From a virus: a DNA stretch of 64,000 nt. This document shows, in pieces, positions 36,159-46,129 of the stretch. Below the pieces are notes generated by a model. That model made no database searches and had not been told where the DNA came from. It saw nothing but the letters and a program-made list of their open reading frames with translations. Each line of letters begins with the position of its first letter. The stretch's first letter is position 1. The stretch lies in the IMG/VR virus record IMGVR_UViG_3300050343_000218; one strand, 5' to 3'. The position numbers were made by a program, and so were the translations under genes.

Positions 36159-38647
36159 TAAAAAAATTCCAAAAGACTACCAGAGCGTTCCGGCTTCCAA
36201 CCAATGCATTCTAACACGGAACGCAGAGGTTCGTAGAACGACTTGTTAAATTGTTTGTCAAAGTCAATGTACTGTTCCAACCCAAACTCTTGGGGCAGCT
36301 CCTGGAAAAAGGAGATGACGTTCTCGCCAAGGATGTTTGGTTCTTTCAAGTAAATGAATTTGATCTTCTCGCCCTCTTGAATGCGAGCGTGTTTGTTTTC
36401 GATACCGTACTTTTTAATGTAGTAGTTGTACAAGAGAGAACCACGTACGTGAATAGGACACCCCTTCTCATAAATGTTTTTGGGATGTGAATACGTACCG
36501 AGGTTATTACAACCACGAGGGAAAGCAATCTCAGAGATAGTTGCTTGCCTAGTTTCTTTCTTACACTTATCGATAAACTCGATGACGGTATCATTGTCCG
36601 AAGACATAATCAATCGGTAAGCTTTCTTAAGACGATCACGAAAGAATTGAGGGACTGATGAACGGGCAGTTTCCAAACCCATAATTTTCATCTTAGGTTC
36701 TTTATAAGCAACCCCCTCACTGTTCCAAACGTTGAGAATGTATCGCTTCTTGGCAGTCCAGATGCCACGGTCAGCAATGTTCTCACGTTTCATAATCATT
36801 TTTTGATCGTATGCCGAAACGTACGACGCAAGTTCTTGATATGAACGTTCGATAAAAGGTTCCAGTTTCTCTTGGCAGATCTTATCAAGTATGGAAACAA
36901 TTGCTGCTTTGTTGCTAGACTTATTACTAAAAAATTTAGTAACAAGAGGTCCCATATTAAGATAAATTGAATCAGTGTCAGATGCAATTACGTAGTCCTC
37001 ACCTTCTGTGGAAAGCGTTTTATTTAGGTACTCATTAATCTTCAGTTCGATCCACCGAATCGAGACTTGACCGCTGAGAGTAATCGCCTCAGCATTCGCC
37101 AGCTTGTAGTATCGGAAGTATTCGTTTCCGATAGCACCGTATGCTGAGTTAAGTTGGATCTTACGTGCCATCTGGAAGTTGTTGTATCGAGAAATTCTCT
37201 TTTGAACATCCAGGGTCGGAGAAGCTTCGTATTCTTGTTTTGCATCCAGCATCTTACGCTTGTAAATCGATCGTTCATCATAGATTTTCTCCATTAGTTC
37301 AGGTAAAAACCCACGCACGTCTTTACGATACTGAGCGCCATTAGCACAAACACAATACTCACCATCAATATCAATCTTCTTATTAAGAAGACCATCAACT
37401 GTGGCAGAGGGATGACGAACATCCATCAATGTCTCAGGTGAGATATTGTACTGCATAATGAGGTGGGGATACAGAGAGTTAAGGTCGAAGTTTACGACCC
37501 ACTCATATATTCCAGCTATAGGTTCCTTTACGTAAGCGCCAGCATACTTGTCTTTTTTGACAGACGTTTGCTTGGGAGGAATTGCAATATTCCTTTTACG
37601 TAAGTAGTTATAAATGATTGCGTCCCACATACGAACCTGTGAGAACACATCTTCAAGATTAACCTTAGCATCATACGCTAGAGTGAATGCAAGATCCATC
37701 AGCTTCATCTTGTCTTCTAGTTGGTCTACAAGACGAACGTCAATGATGTTGTATTCAACGAACTTTTTCCAGTCGTTTGTATAGAACTCTTTGAAGGTAT
37801 CAAACTCAGAGTGATCGAGTTTTTTTCTACCTAGTTCTACAAATGCAATATGATCTAGGCGATAGGACTCCTGGTTTGTATAAGTAAATTTCTTATACAG
37901 ATCCAGGTAGTCCAACACCGTGATCCCCGAAACATCATAAGAGATGTTTTTACGACCTTGAATATAAATTTCACGGGAACTAAGAAGTTTCCAAGGTGAA
38001 AAGAGTTTCGTAGTCTTGTCTCCAAGAATGCGAGCAAGACGATTACAGATGTATGGAACGTCGAACAGATTGACATTCCACCCTGTAATTACGTCGGGAT
38101 AATTCTCGGTCCACCAAGCGAGGTACCTCTGAAGGAGCTCCTGCTCGTTAGCGCAATGTGTGTACGATACATCAGCCTGTGGGGTCTGGAAGGGGCGTGA
38201 ACCCCAAACGTGGTAGATCCCTGTAAAACTGTCCTTGACTGTGATAAGTAAGATCTCCTGATCAGCAGACTCAATGTCGGGAAAACCATTCTCTGCTGCG
38301 GTTTCAATATCGATCGTAAACACACGGATCTTACTAGGATCATACTTGACTTCACCAGGGAAGTTGTCGCTGATCCATTGATAGAGGTACGCTTGATTAC
38401 CATATACGGTGAAGTTTTCAACGTTCTCGTAACGTTTGCAGAATTCTCTGCTGTCACGAATACCGCCTGGACGGATAGGTTTAACAGTGTCACCCTCAAG
38501 TGTGGTGTACCCTGTATCCTCTCCGTTATTACTTCTCACATATAGGGTGGGATAGAACTCGTCACGAAGACGAACCTCTTTGTTTCCATCCCACCCGCGA
38601 ACAAGAATGCGATCACCAACTTGATCAACGTTCTTGTAAAATTTCAT
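36158..38647 (-). CDS. gp43: Family B DNA polymerase
   Basis: DIET exonuclease, [20 protein letters not shown]; no intein. Confidence 0.98.
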   Translation of the reverse strand: MKFYKNVDQVGDRILVRGWDGNKEVRLRDEFYPTLYVRSNNGEDTGYTTLEGDTVKPIRPGGIRDSREFCKRYENVENFTVYGNQAYLYQWISDNFPGEVKYDPSKIRVFTIDIETAAENGFPDIESADQEILLITVKDSFTGIYHVWGSRPFQTPQADVSYTHCANEQELLQRYLAWWTENYPDVITGWNVNLFDVPYICNRLARILGDKTTKLFSPWKLLSSREIYIQGRKNISYDVSGITVLDYLDLYKKFTYTNQESYRLDHIAFVELGRKKLDHSEFDTFKEFYTNDWKKFVEYNIIDVRLVDQLEDKMKLMDLAFTLAYDAKVNLEDVFSQVRMWDAIIYNYLRKRNIAIPPKQTSVKKDKYAGAYVKEPIAGIYEWVVNFDLNSLYPHLIMQYNISPETLMDVRHPSATVDGLLNKKIDIDGEYCVCANGAQYRKDVRGFLPELMEKIYDERSIYKRKMLDAKQEYEASPTLDVQKRISRYNNFQMARKIQLNSAYGAIGNEYFRYYKLANAEAITLSGQVSIRWIELKINEYLNKTLSTEGEDYVIASDTDSIYLNMGPLVTKFFSNKSSNKAAIVSILDKICQEKLEPFIERSYQELASYVSAYDQKMIMKRENIADRGIWTAKKRYILNVWNSEGVAYKEPKMKIMGLETARSSVPQFFRDRLKKAYRLIMSSDNDTVIEFIDKCKKETRQATISEIAFPRGCNNLGTYSHPKNIYEKGCPIHVRGSLLYNYYIKKYGIENKHARIQEGEKIKFIYLKEPNILGENVISFFQELPQEFGLEQYIDFDKQFNKSFYEPLRSVLECIGWKPERSGSLLEFF

Positions 38648-38915
38648 CGTAAGCTTTGACTAGGTGCGAATTTGGTTCAACAAGCGTGAGAATCGTATCG
38701 CTGTGGATCATCATCTCATCTTGTATGGTAACACTCTTAAGGAAGCGTGTCAAGGTTCCGTCTTCATCTAGTTCATACGGTTTGACAAGCAACACATCGG
38801 GTTCTCCAGGAAGATCAGCCCCCGTCTCCTCCATCTGTGTCAGGAGCACTTTGTTGTTCTTCAGCAGGACGACCTGCAGTGAGTTGCTCGTCTTCTGCTC
38901 CGAATCGTTCGACAT
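38625..38915 (-). CDS. Hypothetical protein (Sm-like)
   Basis: VVLLKNNKVLLTQM...ILTLVEP. Confidence 0.55.
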   Translation of the reverse strand: MSNDSEQKTSNSLQVVLLKNNKVLLTQMEETGADLPGEPDVLLVKPYELDEDGTLTRFLKSVTIQDEMMIHSDTILTLVEPNSHLVKAYDEILQER

Positions 38916-39180
38916 AATGATCAGTTAGGGCTTGTAGGGGGTTAGTAATAGTAGTGAAGCTGTGTTCTTTAACAAGGAACCGACGCTCAGAAGACAAAGG
39001 TGCCCAGTTCTCAAACGTAACGTTGGGACCTGCTTCAGGGTCTTCCATATTTTTCATAATTCGCACGATCTGAGGGTCGCGCAAGATGAAACCAACGTCA
39101 TCGCTGGTCTCAGAACGTGTCTCATAGACATCAGCGATGACATCCTCACCGCTTTTCATCAGAATCAGTTGGATCGACAT
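38815..39180 (-). CDS. Hypothetical protein (Sm-like)
   Basis: MSIQLILMKSGEDVIADV; start reassigned to 39180. Confidence 0.6.
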   Translation of the reverse strand: MSIQLILMKSGEDVIADVYETRSETSDDVGFILRDPQIVRIMKNMEDPEAGPNVTFENWAPLSSERRFLVKEHSFTTITNPLQALTDHYVERFGAEDEQLTAGRPAEEQQSAPDTDGGDGG

Positions 39181-39201
39181 ATTAGTTCTAGGTGAATCTC
39201 T

Positions 39202-39237
39202 ATTATAAAGGACCCCTCGACCGAAGTCAAGGGGTCC
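39202..39237 (-). promoter_or_regulatory. sigma70 promoter embedded in a hairpin downstream of hsp20
   Basis: TTGACT-17 nt-TATAAT inside GGACCCCT-TGAC-TTCG-GTCG-AGGGGTCC. Confidence 0.75.
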
Positions 39238-39264
39238 AGTTGGCACGCAGGGGGTCACACGTAT

Positions 39265-39699
39265 TTAGAGGAAATCCTGACGTTGGAAATGTTCAGGTAC
39301 TACCTTCTGTAGGGTGACGGATAACAAACCGTCCTCAAATTCAACTGCATCGACTCTCCAATCTTCAGTCAAAGTCCAAGCTCGAGTGAAACTACGTTGC
39401 GCGATTCCTTTATGGGAATAATTAACGTCAGTTTCTTTGTCTTCTTTCTGACCTTCGACAAACATTTTGCCGTGTTCAGTATAAACAAAGACTTCTTCTT
39501 TCTTGAATCCAGCAAGTGCAATTTCAATACGAGTTTTTACATTGCTCTCGTGGATAACATTATAAGGGGGATAATTTTTAGTGGTCTCGTGCAGTGCACC
39601 TAGTCGATCGAACCAATCATCAGCACCAATTGAGTGCTTGACAATCCTGTCCATCAGCTCGGGAAGATCCGAGGCAGTATAACGTACTAGACGTTCCAT
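39265..39699 (-). CDS. hsp20: Small heat-shock protein
   Basis: NYPPYNV, IEIALAGF, HKGIAQRSFTR, FEDGLL; start at MERLV behind AGGAG. Confidence 0.95.
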   Translation of the reverse strand: MERLVRYTASDLPELMDRIVKHSIGADDWFDRLGALHETTKNYPPYNVIHESNVKTRIEIALAGFKKEEVFVYTEHGKMFVEGQKEDKETDVNYSHKGIAQRSFTRAWTLTEDWRVDAVEFEDGLLSVTLQKVVPEHFQRQDFL

Positions 39700-39707
39700 T
39701 ATGGTAG

Positions 39708-39751
39708 CTCCTATAAAGCGAGTTTGTGTTTTGTGGACCCCGAAGGCATCC
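39708..39751 (-). promoter_or_regulatory. ROSE-like RNA thermometer candidate
   Basis: CUCGCU-UUAU-AGGAG hairpin with bulged G over SD, preceded by a cUUCGg hairpin. Confidence 0.5.
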
Positions 39752-39773
39752 AATAATAATTATATCAGAACAT

Positions 39774-39800
39774 AAAAAAAGACGAGTGGCGAAACCCGTC
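39774..39800 (-). terminator. Rho-independent terminator
   Basis: GACGGGT/ACTCGTC stem plus T7. Confidence 0.7.
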
Positions 39801-39853
39801 CATTGGTAGCGTATATTCCGTATGTAGAGGTCGCGCACGAAAGAGCGACACTA

Positions 39854-40102
39854 CTATTTAGGTGGATTCCACATCCTTGGGTTGATCTTTCCTTTAGATT
39901 GTGCGAAACCTACGAACTCTTTACCATACTTATCATAGTAATAGTCAAATAAGTCTACAGTTTTTGTACACTTAGCAATATCATATTTTGCAAATCCTTC
40001 AGATTTATATTCTACAAGATATGCAGTATACGGAAGAGTCGTATCATCTGCAAGAGATGCATCGCAATCTTCGTGAATGATTTGAACTCTGTTCTTAGCC
40101 AT
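39854..40102 (-). CDS. Conserved cyanophage hypothetical protein
   Basis: IIHEDCD..LPYTAYLVEY..DLFDYYYDKY..G.INP. Confidence 0.7.
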   Translation of the reverse strand: MAKNRVQIIHEDCDASLADDTTLPYTAYLVEYKSEGFAKYDIAKCTKTVDLFDYYYDKYGKEFVGFAQSKGKINPRMWNPPK

Positions 40103-40922
40103 CTTTTTTAGTAATGAATGAACTTTTGTTCGCTGGTGGATTGGTTAGCGCCAACATCGCAACTAAAGAATATCTAACGTGACCATCATTATACTGCTTA
40201 TCATCATAATAGGCAGTGTGGAAAACAGAACCTCTGTATCCAGAGCAGACATTAAATCCTGCAGGAACAATACCTTCTAAGTTGTAAACCTCATCACCTT
40301 GGAAGCATTCCCAGGAAGACATCTTGCCGACGCCATCTCTACCAACATCCATCAAAGATGCAATAGTTGAGCTGCGATATCCTCCTTGCTTTTCCAACAG
40401 TCTAACGTCCAACCATTTTGTGCCTTCAACATTAATGGAGTACATTGCAGTACCATCATTAACTAGATCATCAGAAAGAAACAAGTTAAACGCAAAGTCA
40501 CCAGGGTCAACGTGAGGACGATAGTTACTATCGATTGATTGCATACCCTTCCAAAAAACATTGTTGTAGCAAGAGAAATCGTGCCACGTCATAGATTTGG
40601 TAGTAATCTTCCAGTCAAACAAAAGTTTGCGCAAGTAACTTACATAAGGCTTTACCCATTCATTCGCAACAGGCTGCTGCATACCAGGTGCACCAGTCTT
40701 AGTCGGCATAAGATCATTGGTGCCAGTAATATACGAAGAATTGATTAGAAAATCCCTAACATCATAAGGATTGACTAGGCAGTTCTCTACAGCAATATAA
40801 CGTAAATCAAAATCGGGCGAAATTTTCTCTACGTATTCTTTTCTATTTGGATTAATAGCAAATAATTTTTCCAATCTCTCGGGAGTTACCACACGAGAGT
40901 CGAAATCACCTAACGTCAACAT
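40095..40922 (-). CDS. Putative 2OG-Fe(II) oxygenase (DUF6445-like)
   Basis: PHVD..GTAMY..FN..GYRGSVFH..R. Confidence 0.65.
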   Translation of the reverse strand: MLTLGDFDSRVVTPERLEKLFAINPNRKEYVEKISPDFDLRYIAVENCLVNPYDVRDFLINSSYITGTNDLMPTKTGAPGMQQPVANEWVKPYVSYLRKLLFDWKITTKSMTWHDFSCYNNVFWKGMQSIDSNYRPHVDPGDFAFNLFLSDDLVNDGTAMYSINVEGTKWLDVRLLEKQGGYRSSTIASLMDVGRDGVGKMSSWECFQGDEVYNLEGIVPAGFNVCSGYRGSVFHTAYYDDKQYNDGHVRYSLVAMLALTNPPANKSSFITKKDG

Positions 40923-40924
40923 AA

Positions 40925-41350
40925 TTATTCAGGGGTTTTTTTCTTTCCAATATTATACTTAGACTCTAAAATCCATTCAGATTTGTCTTTAAAGGAAAGA
41001 ACTTTGATCTGGTTAAGAGGAGCTACGTTGAGTATTTTCTCTTTACTTAGATCACAAATAGTAACGAGACCCCAGTCTACCAGGAGCTGCACGATACGAT
41101 TTCTTCTTTGGATATCGTTCACACTCAAGTTTGTCTGCTTGCCATCCAAGGCAAACAATTCTTTGAAGTGAACAATATAATACTTACCACGTTTATGGAG
41201 GATGTGACAAGATTGATAAATTTTCTTCTCTTTGCGAGAAGCGACACCAATACGTGTTAGCGTTTCTCTCACTTTGAGGAAGTCATCGGGTTCCCCAAGC
41301 ACGACTTCGACCATTTGGGTCTCGTCCCATTGTACAAATTCTTCGCTCAT
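40925..41350 (-). CDS. regA: Translational repressor RegA
   Basis: FLKVRETLTRIG, QSCHILHKRGKYYIVHFKELF. Confidence 0.97.
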   Translation of the reverse strand: MSEEFVQWDETQMVEVVLGEPDDFLKVRETLTRIGVASRKEKKIYQSCHILHKRGKYYIVHFKELFALDGKQTNLSVNDIQRRNRIVQLLVDWGLVTICDLSKEKILNVAPLNQIKVLSFKDKSEWILESKYNIGKKKTPE

Positions 41351-41721
41351 CTGTTGCCACCTGTGTCAATTAAGGATTTAATCTCAGTGATTTGAGAAGT
41401 GGTCAATACCTGTAGCGCTTGTCGTGCCTTTTCATTACTATAACCATAGTAAGTCTTCACAGCTTCAAGATCATTAAGTTTTGACTGCTTCAACCAAGGA
41501 GAAAATCTTTTCCTAGGTCTCAGTGTATTTATGTAGTAGTCATACTGCATTTTTTTATCGAGATGATGTGCTTGATTCATCTCATTAACGTGCAATATAC
41601 AATCTAAGTGTCCAGAAAGACATCGGTTAATCACAAATGGTGGGTAGTTTTTGTGATTATCTTCATCCCAAATATCTTTCTTAGACTGATTGATTGAATA
41701 CAAGTAGTCCTTGAGTTCCAT
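41347..41721 (-). CDS. gp62: Clamp loader small subunit
   Basis: YPPFVINRCLS, NEMN, YYGYSNEKA. Confidence 0.93.
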   Translation of the reverse strand: MELKDYLYSINQSKKDIWDEDNHKNYPPFVINRCLSGHLDCILHVNEMNQAHHLDKKMQYDYYINTLRPRKRFSPWLKQSKLNDLEAVKTYYGYSNEKARQALQVLTTSQITEIKSLIDTGGNR

Positions 41722-41736
41722 AATAAAAAATTAAAG

Positions 41737-42081
41737 TTAAAGCTTACCGCTTACCACACTACTAAAGGTAGATTGGATTCCATCGTAACCATCAATAGCC
41801 CATTTAAGATGCCAGTAAGTCATCGAGACGACTGCATCTAACTCACCGCCAGTTAAAATAGTATGACCTTTGAGGGTAGCTTCACCAACACTGCTATACA
41901 ATCCATAACGTGTTTTGAAAAAACGTACTTTACCTAGACGTTCTTCTCCAACGTAGTAAGACCACTCAGTCATCCACGTCGCAGATGCAGGAAGTTCAAA
42001 AAGTACGGACTGGTCCAAAGACTGTTCTCCCACTACTGTTGAATCTGTAGATCTGGGTCTTTCCATTTGTGAGGTTGACAA
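41737..42081 (-). CDS. Conserved cyanophage hypothetical protein
   Basis: MTYWHLK..VVSGKL; start uncertain. Confidence 0.55.
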   Translation of the reverse strand: MSTSQMERPRSTDSTVVGEQSLDQSVLFELPASATWMTEWSYYVGEERLGKVRFFKTRYGLYSSVGEATLKGHTILTGGELDAVVSMTYWHLKWAIDGYDGIQSTFSSVVSGKL

Positions 42082-42214
42082 CTACTTCGTCTCCTTGAAT
42101 AAGTGCATTTTGTACATCGACCCCGAAGGTCTGAATGACACCAGCAGAGGTGTCTACGATTTGAGCGCGACCATTCGCAGCTCTGGCAATAATATTTCCC
42201 ATTACTTGTACCAC
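41996..42214 (-). CDS. Small beta-rich hypothetical protein
   Basis: MGNIIARAANGRAQIVDT..GKTQIY. Confidence 0.55.
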   Translation of the reverse strand: MVQVMGNIIARAANGRAQIVDTSAGVIQTFGVDVQNALIQGDEVVVNLTNGKTQIYRFNSSGRTVFGPVRTF

Positions 42215-43065
42215 TTTCCTGTACTGTTATCTATGTTGTAATTGACTAGCATCAATTCCTTACGCTTGTCTTGATCGGACCCATAGGATGCTGTCGAACG
42301 CATCGTATAAGTCAAGTCCCACTTCAATTTTGAGAATGATGGATAGAGCTCTTCTACTTCATCACAGGAATTGTAAGTGATCATAGTATTACCTTTAAAG
42401 TCCTTAAGAGTTTCGGACATTCGTACGTGATCAAATGATTTGTGAAGATCTCCCTTCTTCCCGTATAGATTATCTTTAATCAAATATGGAGGATCCAAAA
42501 AGTTAAATGCATCTTCTCTAATAACATTGGCATAGTCCTCATTAAGGATATTCCAGTTTTGGATTGCCTGATGATACCAGGTCAAAGAATTGATACCATT
42601 GAAACTGAAGTTAGACTGCGATGCTTGAGCTGAGAAAGAACTGTTCTCACTCAGACCAGAGAAAGAACATTTATTACAGATATAAAAATTGACAGCAGAC
42701 TCATACACCCCAATGTCTTCATTGAGCTTTTGCTTTGCTTTTTGAAATGCCTCACGGTGAGCAGCGATCACGTCATCCTGATCCTCAAATCTATTGAGGT
42801 AGGTTTTGATGTTGAAGAGGTGATCCTGCAGTTGGGGACCTATATCGCGAAGCACCAACCAGAAGCGGTACAGAGGCGTATAGAGGTCGCTCACGGTCAC
42901 CTTAAGGTCAGGGTTGGTACGGGTCAAGGCAATCGCCATAGAACCGCCACCCAAGAAACCTTCAGTGTAGTGCTCGTAGTTTGATGGAATATAGTCCAAC
43001 AGGATCTTAGTGGCGCGAGACTTGCCACCAGGATACCTAAGAGGAGTTTTAAATCTTTTACTCAT
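42202..43065 (-). CDS. dam: DNA adenine methyltransferase (D12 class)
   Basis: LRYPGGKS, FLGGGS, DPPY. Confidence 0.92.
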   Translation of the reverse strand: MSKRFKTPLRYPGGKSRATKILLDYIPSNYEHYTEGFLGGGSMAIALTRTNPDLKVTVSDLYTPLYRFWLVLRDIGPQLQDHLFNIKTYLNRFEDQDDVIAAHREAFQKAKQKLNEDIGVYESAVNFYICNKCSFSGLSENSSFSAQASQSNFSFNGINSLTWYHQAIQNWNILNEDYANVIREDAFNFLDPPYLIKDNLYGKKGDLHKSFDHVRMSETLKDFKGNTMITYNSCDEVEELYPSFSKLKWDLTYTMRSTASYGSDQDKRKELMLVNYNIDNSTGKWYK

Positions 43066-43858
43066 AACAAGGAATAGGTACTAGATTAGTATTAAACATA
43101 CTAACTTGACGTTCAAATACAGGGTACGCTTGGCATACACCTTTCTCAGAACTGCAGCTCTGTAGAGGAACCCAGTTCAGATCATCGATAATATCATACC
43201 CAATACTAACACGTATGCCATCATACTGTCTAGGAATTACCCGATGCAATAAAGGACCAGGACCAATGTAATGCTGTCCTTGCTTATTAGGAATGACACG
43301 TACGTTTTCAGTATCATTCAAAGGATGATCATCACGTGAGTCTGGATTATCCATATACCACTGAGTGATTTCATCTCTTTCTCTCAAGTGAGCGAGATGA
43401 TCGCAGAAGACAGTATCAGTAGGACGATCACTCAAGTGAACAAATCCGTGGTACTTACAGTAACTATGATTATGCCACCCAAGAGAAAGCTTTCCAAGTT
43501 CCTCATACCTATGGACATTCATCCAAGCGTGGATCCACAAAGGTTGACTCTTCAGTTCTGGATGGGAACGAATCTGCTTAAACATATCCTGCCAAAGGTA
43601 GAAGAAGTTAGGCATTGTCGAAGACAGCATAATCAAATTGTATGCATTCTTCCCAAGGGTCATATCCCAATCGCCATCCTTCACACTACCGTCACCCATA
43701 GATTGAGAAAAGAATTGTTCAGCTGAATGCTGTCTGATATTCTGATCCCAAAGGTTGTAGCACGCACGTGCTTCAGTTAAGAGACCTTCCCAATTAGTGT
43801 GAGGGACGATCTCATAGGTCTTGATATTATACAGAAACTCTTTTATAGCTTCACTCAT
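43058..43858 (-). CDS. Putative 2OG-Fe(II) oxygenase
   Basis: AWMN..WHNH..HGFVHL..LLHRV..RVSIGYD. Confidence 0.65.
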   Translation of the reverse strand: MSEAIKEFLYNIKTYEIVPHTNWEGLLTEARACYNLWDQNIRQHSAEQFFSQSMGDGSVKDGDWDMTLGKNAYNLIMLSSTMPNFFYLWQDMFKQIRSHPELKSQPLWIHAWMNVHRYEELGKLSLGWHNHSYCKYHGFVHLSDRPTDTVFCDHLAHLRERDEITQWYMDNPDSRDDHPLNDTENVRVIPNKQGQHYIGPGPLLHRVIPRQYDGIRVSIGYDIIDDLNWVPLQSCSSEKGVCQAYPVFERQVSMFNTNLVPIPCYE

Positions 43859-44793
43859 TTGAATTCACACTCCACCATAATTTGTGTCATACACGCAAGA
43901 AGATTAATTTCCTGGTCAGCAACAAAAGAAGACTTGTACTGATACTCAGCAATAATAAGAACTAACTGTGGTACAGACTTGCCAGATAATACTTGCGAAA
44001 GAGAATCGTAGATCTTACGTAGGATAACGTTAGGATCATTATCCAAACTCTCCACAACCCACTGACGAACAGAGTTGAACTCTTTGTTCTTCAAAGACTT
44101 GATCAATGTAGTAACGTCCAAGTCTGCAATGTCTGCCAGAATGCCACTATCTATTTGACCACTAGCAGAGTGACGTTGCAGTTCATTGAGGCAACGTCTC
44201 CAATCAGGGAAGTGTTTCTGTACCAGTTTGACTAGTACTTTATCCTCAGCTGTTACACCATTCTCATTCAGAATGAATTTAACACGACCAAAGAAGTTAC
44301 CCTGCAGCTGCATCTTCTCTTCTTTCTTAAAAGTAAAGTCGAAGTTAGAGCACCGAGACTGCAGTGGTTGGATGATCTTATTCTTGTAGTTGCAAGTAAA
44401 GATAAACCGACAGTTGTTCTGATACTCCTCAATAGCAGCACGAAGTTGCGACTGCACATCAGGAGTCATATTGTCTGCCTCATCAATGATGACGCACTTG
44501 TGCTTAGATCCAGTCAGAGAGACCGTAGAAGCAAACGTTTTGACGCGGGTTCGTACCGTATCAAGGTATCTCCCCTCATCGGAACCGTTAATAACAATGG
44601 AGCTAACACCCAGCTCAGAACAAAGAGCGCGAGCAATCGTCGTTTTACCCACACCTGCAGGTCCCGAGAATAACAAATTTGGAAACTCACCTGCATCAAC
44701 AAACTCCTGAAATGTTTTTTTCAATCCACTAGGAAGAATACAGTCCGCAACAGTTTGAGGACGGTACTCTTCAACCCAAAGAAATTTACTCAT
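43855..44793 (-). CDS. gp44: Clamp loader large subunit
   Basis: LWVEEYRP, GPAGVGKT, IDEAD, SRC. Confidence 0.97.
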   Translation of the reverse strand: MSKFLWVEEYRPQTVADCILPSGLKKTFQEFVDAGEFPNLLFSGPAGVGKTTIARALCSELGVSSIVINGSDEGRYLDTVRTRVKTFASTVSLTGSKHKCVIIDEADNMTPDVQSQLRAAIEEYQNNCRFIFTCNYKNKIIQPLQSRCSNFDFTFKKEEKMQLQGNFFGRVKFILNENGVTAEDKVLVKLVQKHFPDWRRCLNELQRHSASGQIDSGILADIADLDVTTLIKSLKNKEFNSVRQWVVESLDNDPNVILRKIYDSLSQVLSGKSVPQLVLIIAEYQYKSSFVADQEINLLACMTQIMVECEFK

Positions 44794-44817
44794 AATATTT
44801 TAAAATGTGGAAAGGGT

Positions 44818-45519
44818 TTACGGTTCAAGGGCAATAAAATATGTCAGGTCAAATTCAGAAAACTTCCATTCAGAAATCATACGAGAGGACACACTGACTG
44901 CATAATGGCATTTATCAGTCCGTTGAATAGTATTGATACCAAAGAGTTTCAGATTCTCCACCTTAAAATCCAGGGTATATTCGTCATCGGCATTACCACT
45001 AACAATCTGATCGTAGGTGTTACTGGTGTCATCTTCCTTGTCTCTGCTTTGGAGAGTGACAGTATCTTGCTCACTCCGTACAGTAAAGTCAGGCAGACCG
45101 TAGACAGCGGCAGCTTTAGTAAGAGATTTAAGATTGCCATTACTGACTTCAAAGTTGATGTTGCCACCAGGAAACTTAATCTCACGATCTGGAGCATTAC
45201 GCATCGTGATCTCAGGGTTGCTGAAGTAATACTTCGAGCGGCGACCCTTAGTAGAGTCCTTGATAGTGACATAGTTTTTGTTATCAAAGACCAAGACAGG
45301 TTCGTCAAACAAACAGATAGCAGCAAGAAGCTGACTCAAATCATAGATAGCAAAATCTTGAGGAAATTCTTCTTCGACTACAGCACGAGCAAGAATGTTC
45401 TGAGCATTACTAATAGTCTTCAGAACATTACCTTTCTTGAAAAGAATACTACTATTAATAGTAGCAAAGTTTTGCAAGATATCAATCGTAGTGGTGGAGA
45501 GTTTTACAGTGTTGCTCAT
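44818..45519 (-). CDS. gp45: Sliding clamp
   Basis: LQNFATINSSI, FAIYDL, YFIALEP. Confidence 0.93.
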   Translation of the reverse strand: MSNTVKLSTTTIDILQNFATINSSILFKKGNVLKTISNAQNILARAVVEEEFPQDFAIYDLSQLLAAICLFDEPVLVFDNKNYVTIKDSTKGRRSKYYFSNPEITMRNAPDREIKFPGGNINFEVSNGNLKSLTKAAAVYGLPDFTVRSEQDTVTLQSRDKEDDTSNTYDQIVSGNADDEYTLDFKVENLKLFGINTIQRTDKCHYAVSVSSRMISEWKFSEFDLTYFIALEP

Positions 45520-45800
45520 TGGGGGTAGTCCTCACGGATAGAATTTTTGTCATTGAAGTGCATTAGAAGAACAGCATAGTGCAGGATCTTCATAAGGTCA
45601 CGTCGGGCTGTACCCTTCTTATCATATCGTGATGCATACTTGAGGATGTTGCTACGACAGAATGCCTCGCCATCACCGCAAGCTTCGATTAGATCCAGGG
45701 TTTGGATCTTGTCGTCACCAGATGAATAATGTTGACTGTAAGTTGAGCAAATGTAATCACGTAGTTCTGAAATAATGTGGTCTTCGTTGTACTTGTTCAT
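45516..45800 (-). CDS. DUF3310-like protein
   Basis: HY..IQTLDLI..FCRSNILKYASRY.KKG..DLMK. Confidence 0.7.
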   Translation of the reverse strand: MNKYNEDHIISELRDYICSTYSQHYSSGDDKIQTLDLIEACGDGEAFCRSNILKYASRYDKKGTARRDLMKILHYAVLLMHFNDKNSIREDYPQ

Positions 45801-46129
45801 AATAAGAAATCAAGGAGATTGATTTTCACTTTTGGTTTCGGCATCGCAGTATACGGTGTCGTATCTTTGATGTCTATGGAGTCACCCAGTTGTTTGTGAT
45901 TGATCGGACTGTAGTAGATTCCCCGTTTGGTGTCATAGAATCCCCAGATACAATAACTGTCATTACCATCATTGTAAATAAACTCACGATCACATACAGT
46001 CCAAATTGATAACACATTAGCTTTCTTACGAAAGACTTCGTATCTGTATCCATCAGGTGCCTCGTGGGTAAACGTTATAGGAAGTTCTATTGTATCACTC
46101 ATCTCCTGAGATTTCAACCTTGTCATCAA
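45797..46129 (-). CDS. Conserved cyanophage hypothetical protein
   Basis: FTHEAPDGY..IWGFY..PIN..TTPYTAM; true start may be MSDT at 46102. Confidence 0.6.
   Translation of the reverse strand: MMTRLKSQEMSDTIELPITFTHEAPDGYRYEVFRKKANVLSIWTVCDREFIYNDGNDSYCIWGFYDTKRGIYYSPINHKQLGDSIDIKDTTPYTAMPKPKVKINLLDFLL

Noticed and set aside
8046-38647. Introns or inteins in psbA, psbD, nrdA, nrdB, gp41, gp43
   Set aside because: All are continuous ORFs of normal length
44755-45528. 257-aa plus-strand ORF
   Set aside because: Antisense shadow of gp45; same applies to the other plus-strand ORFs in the track
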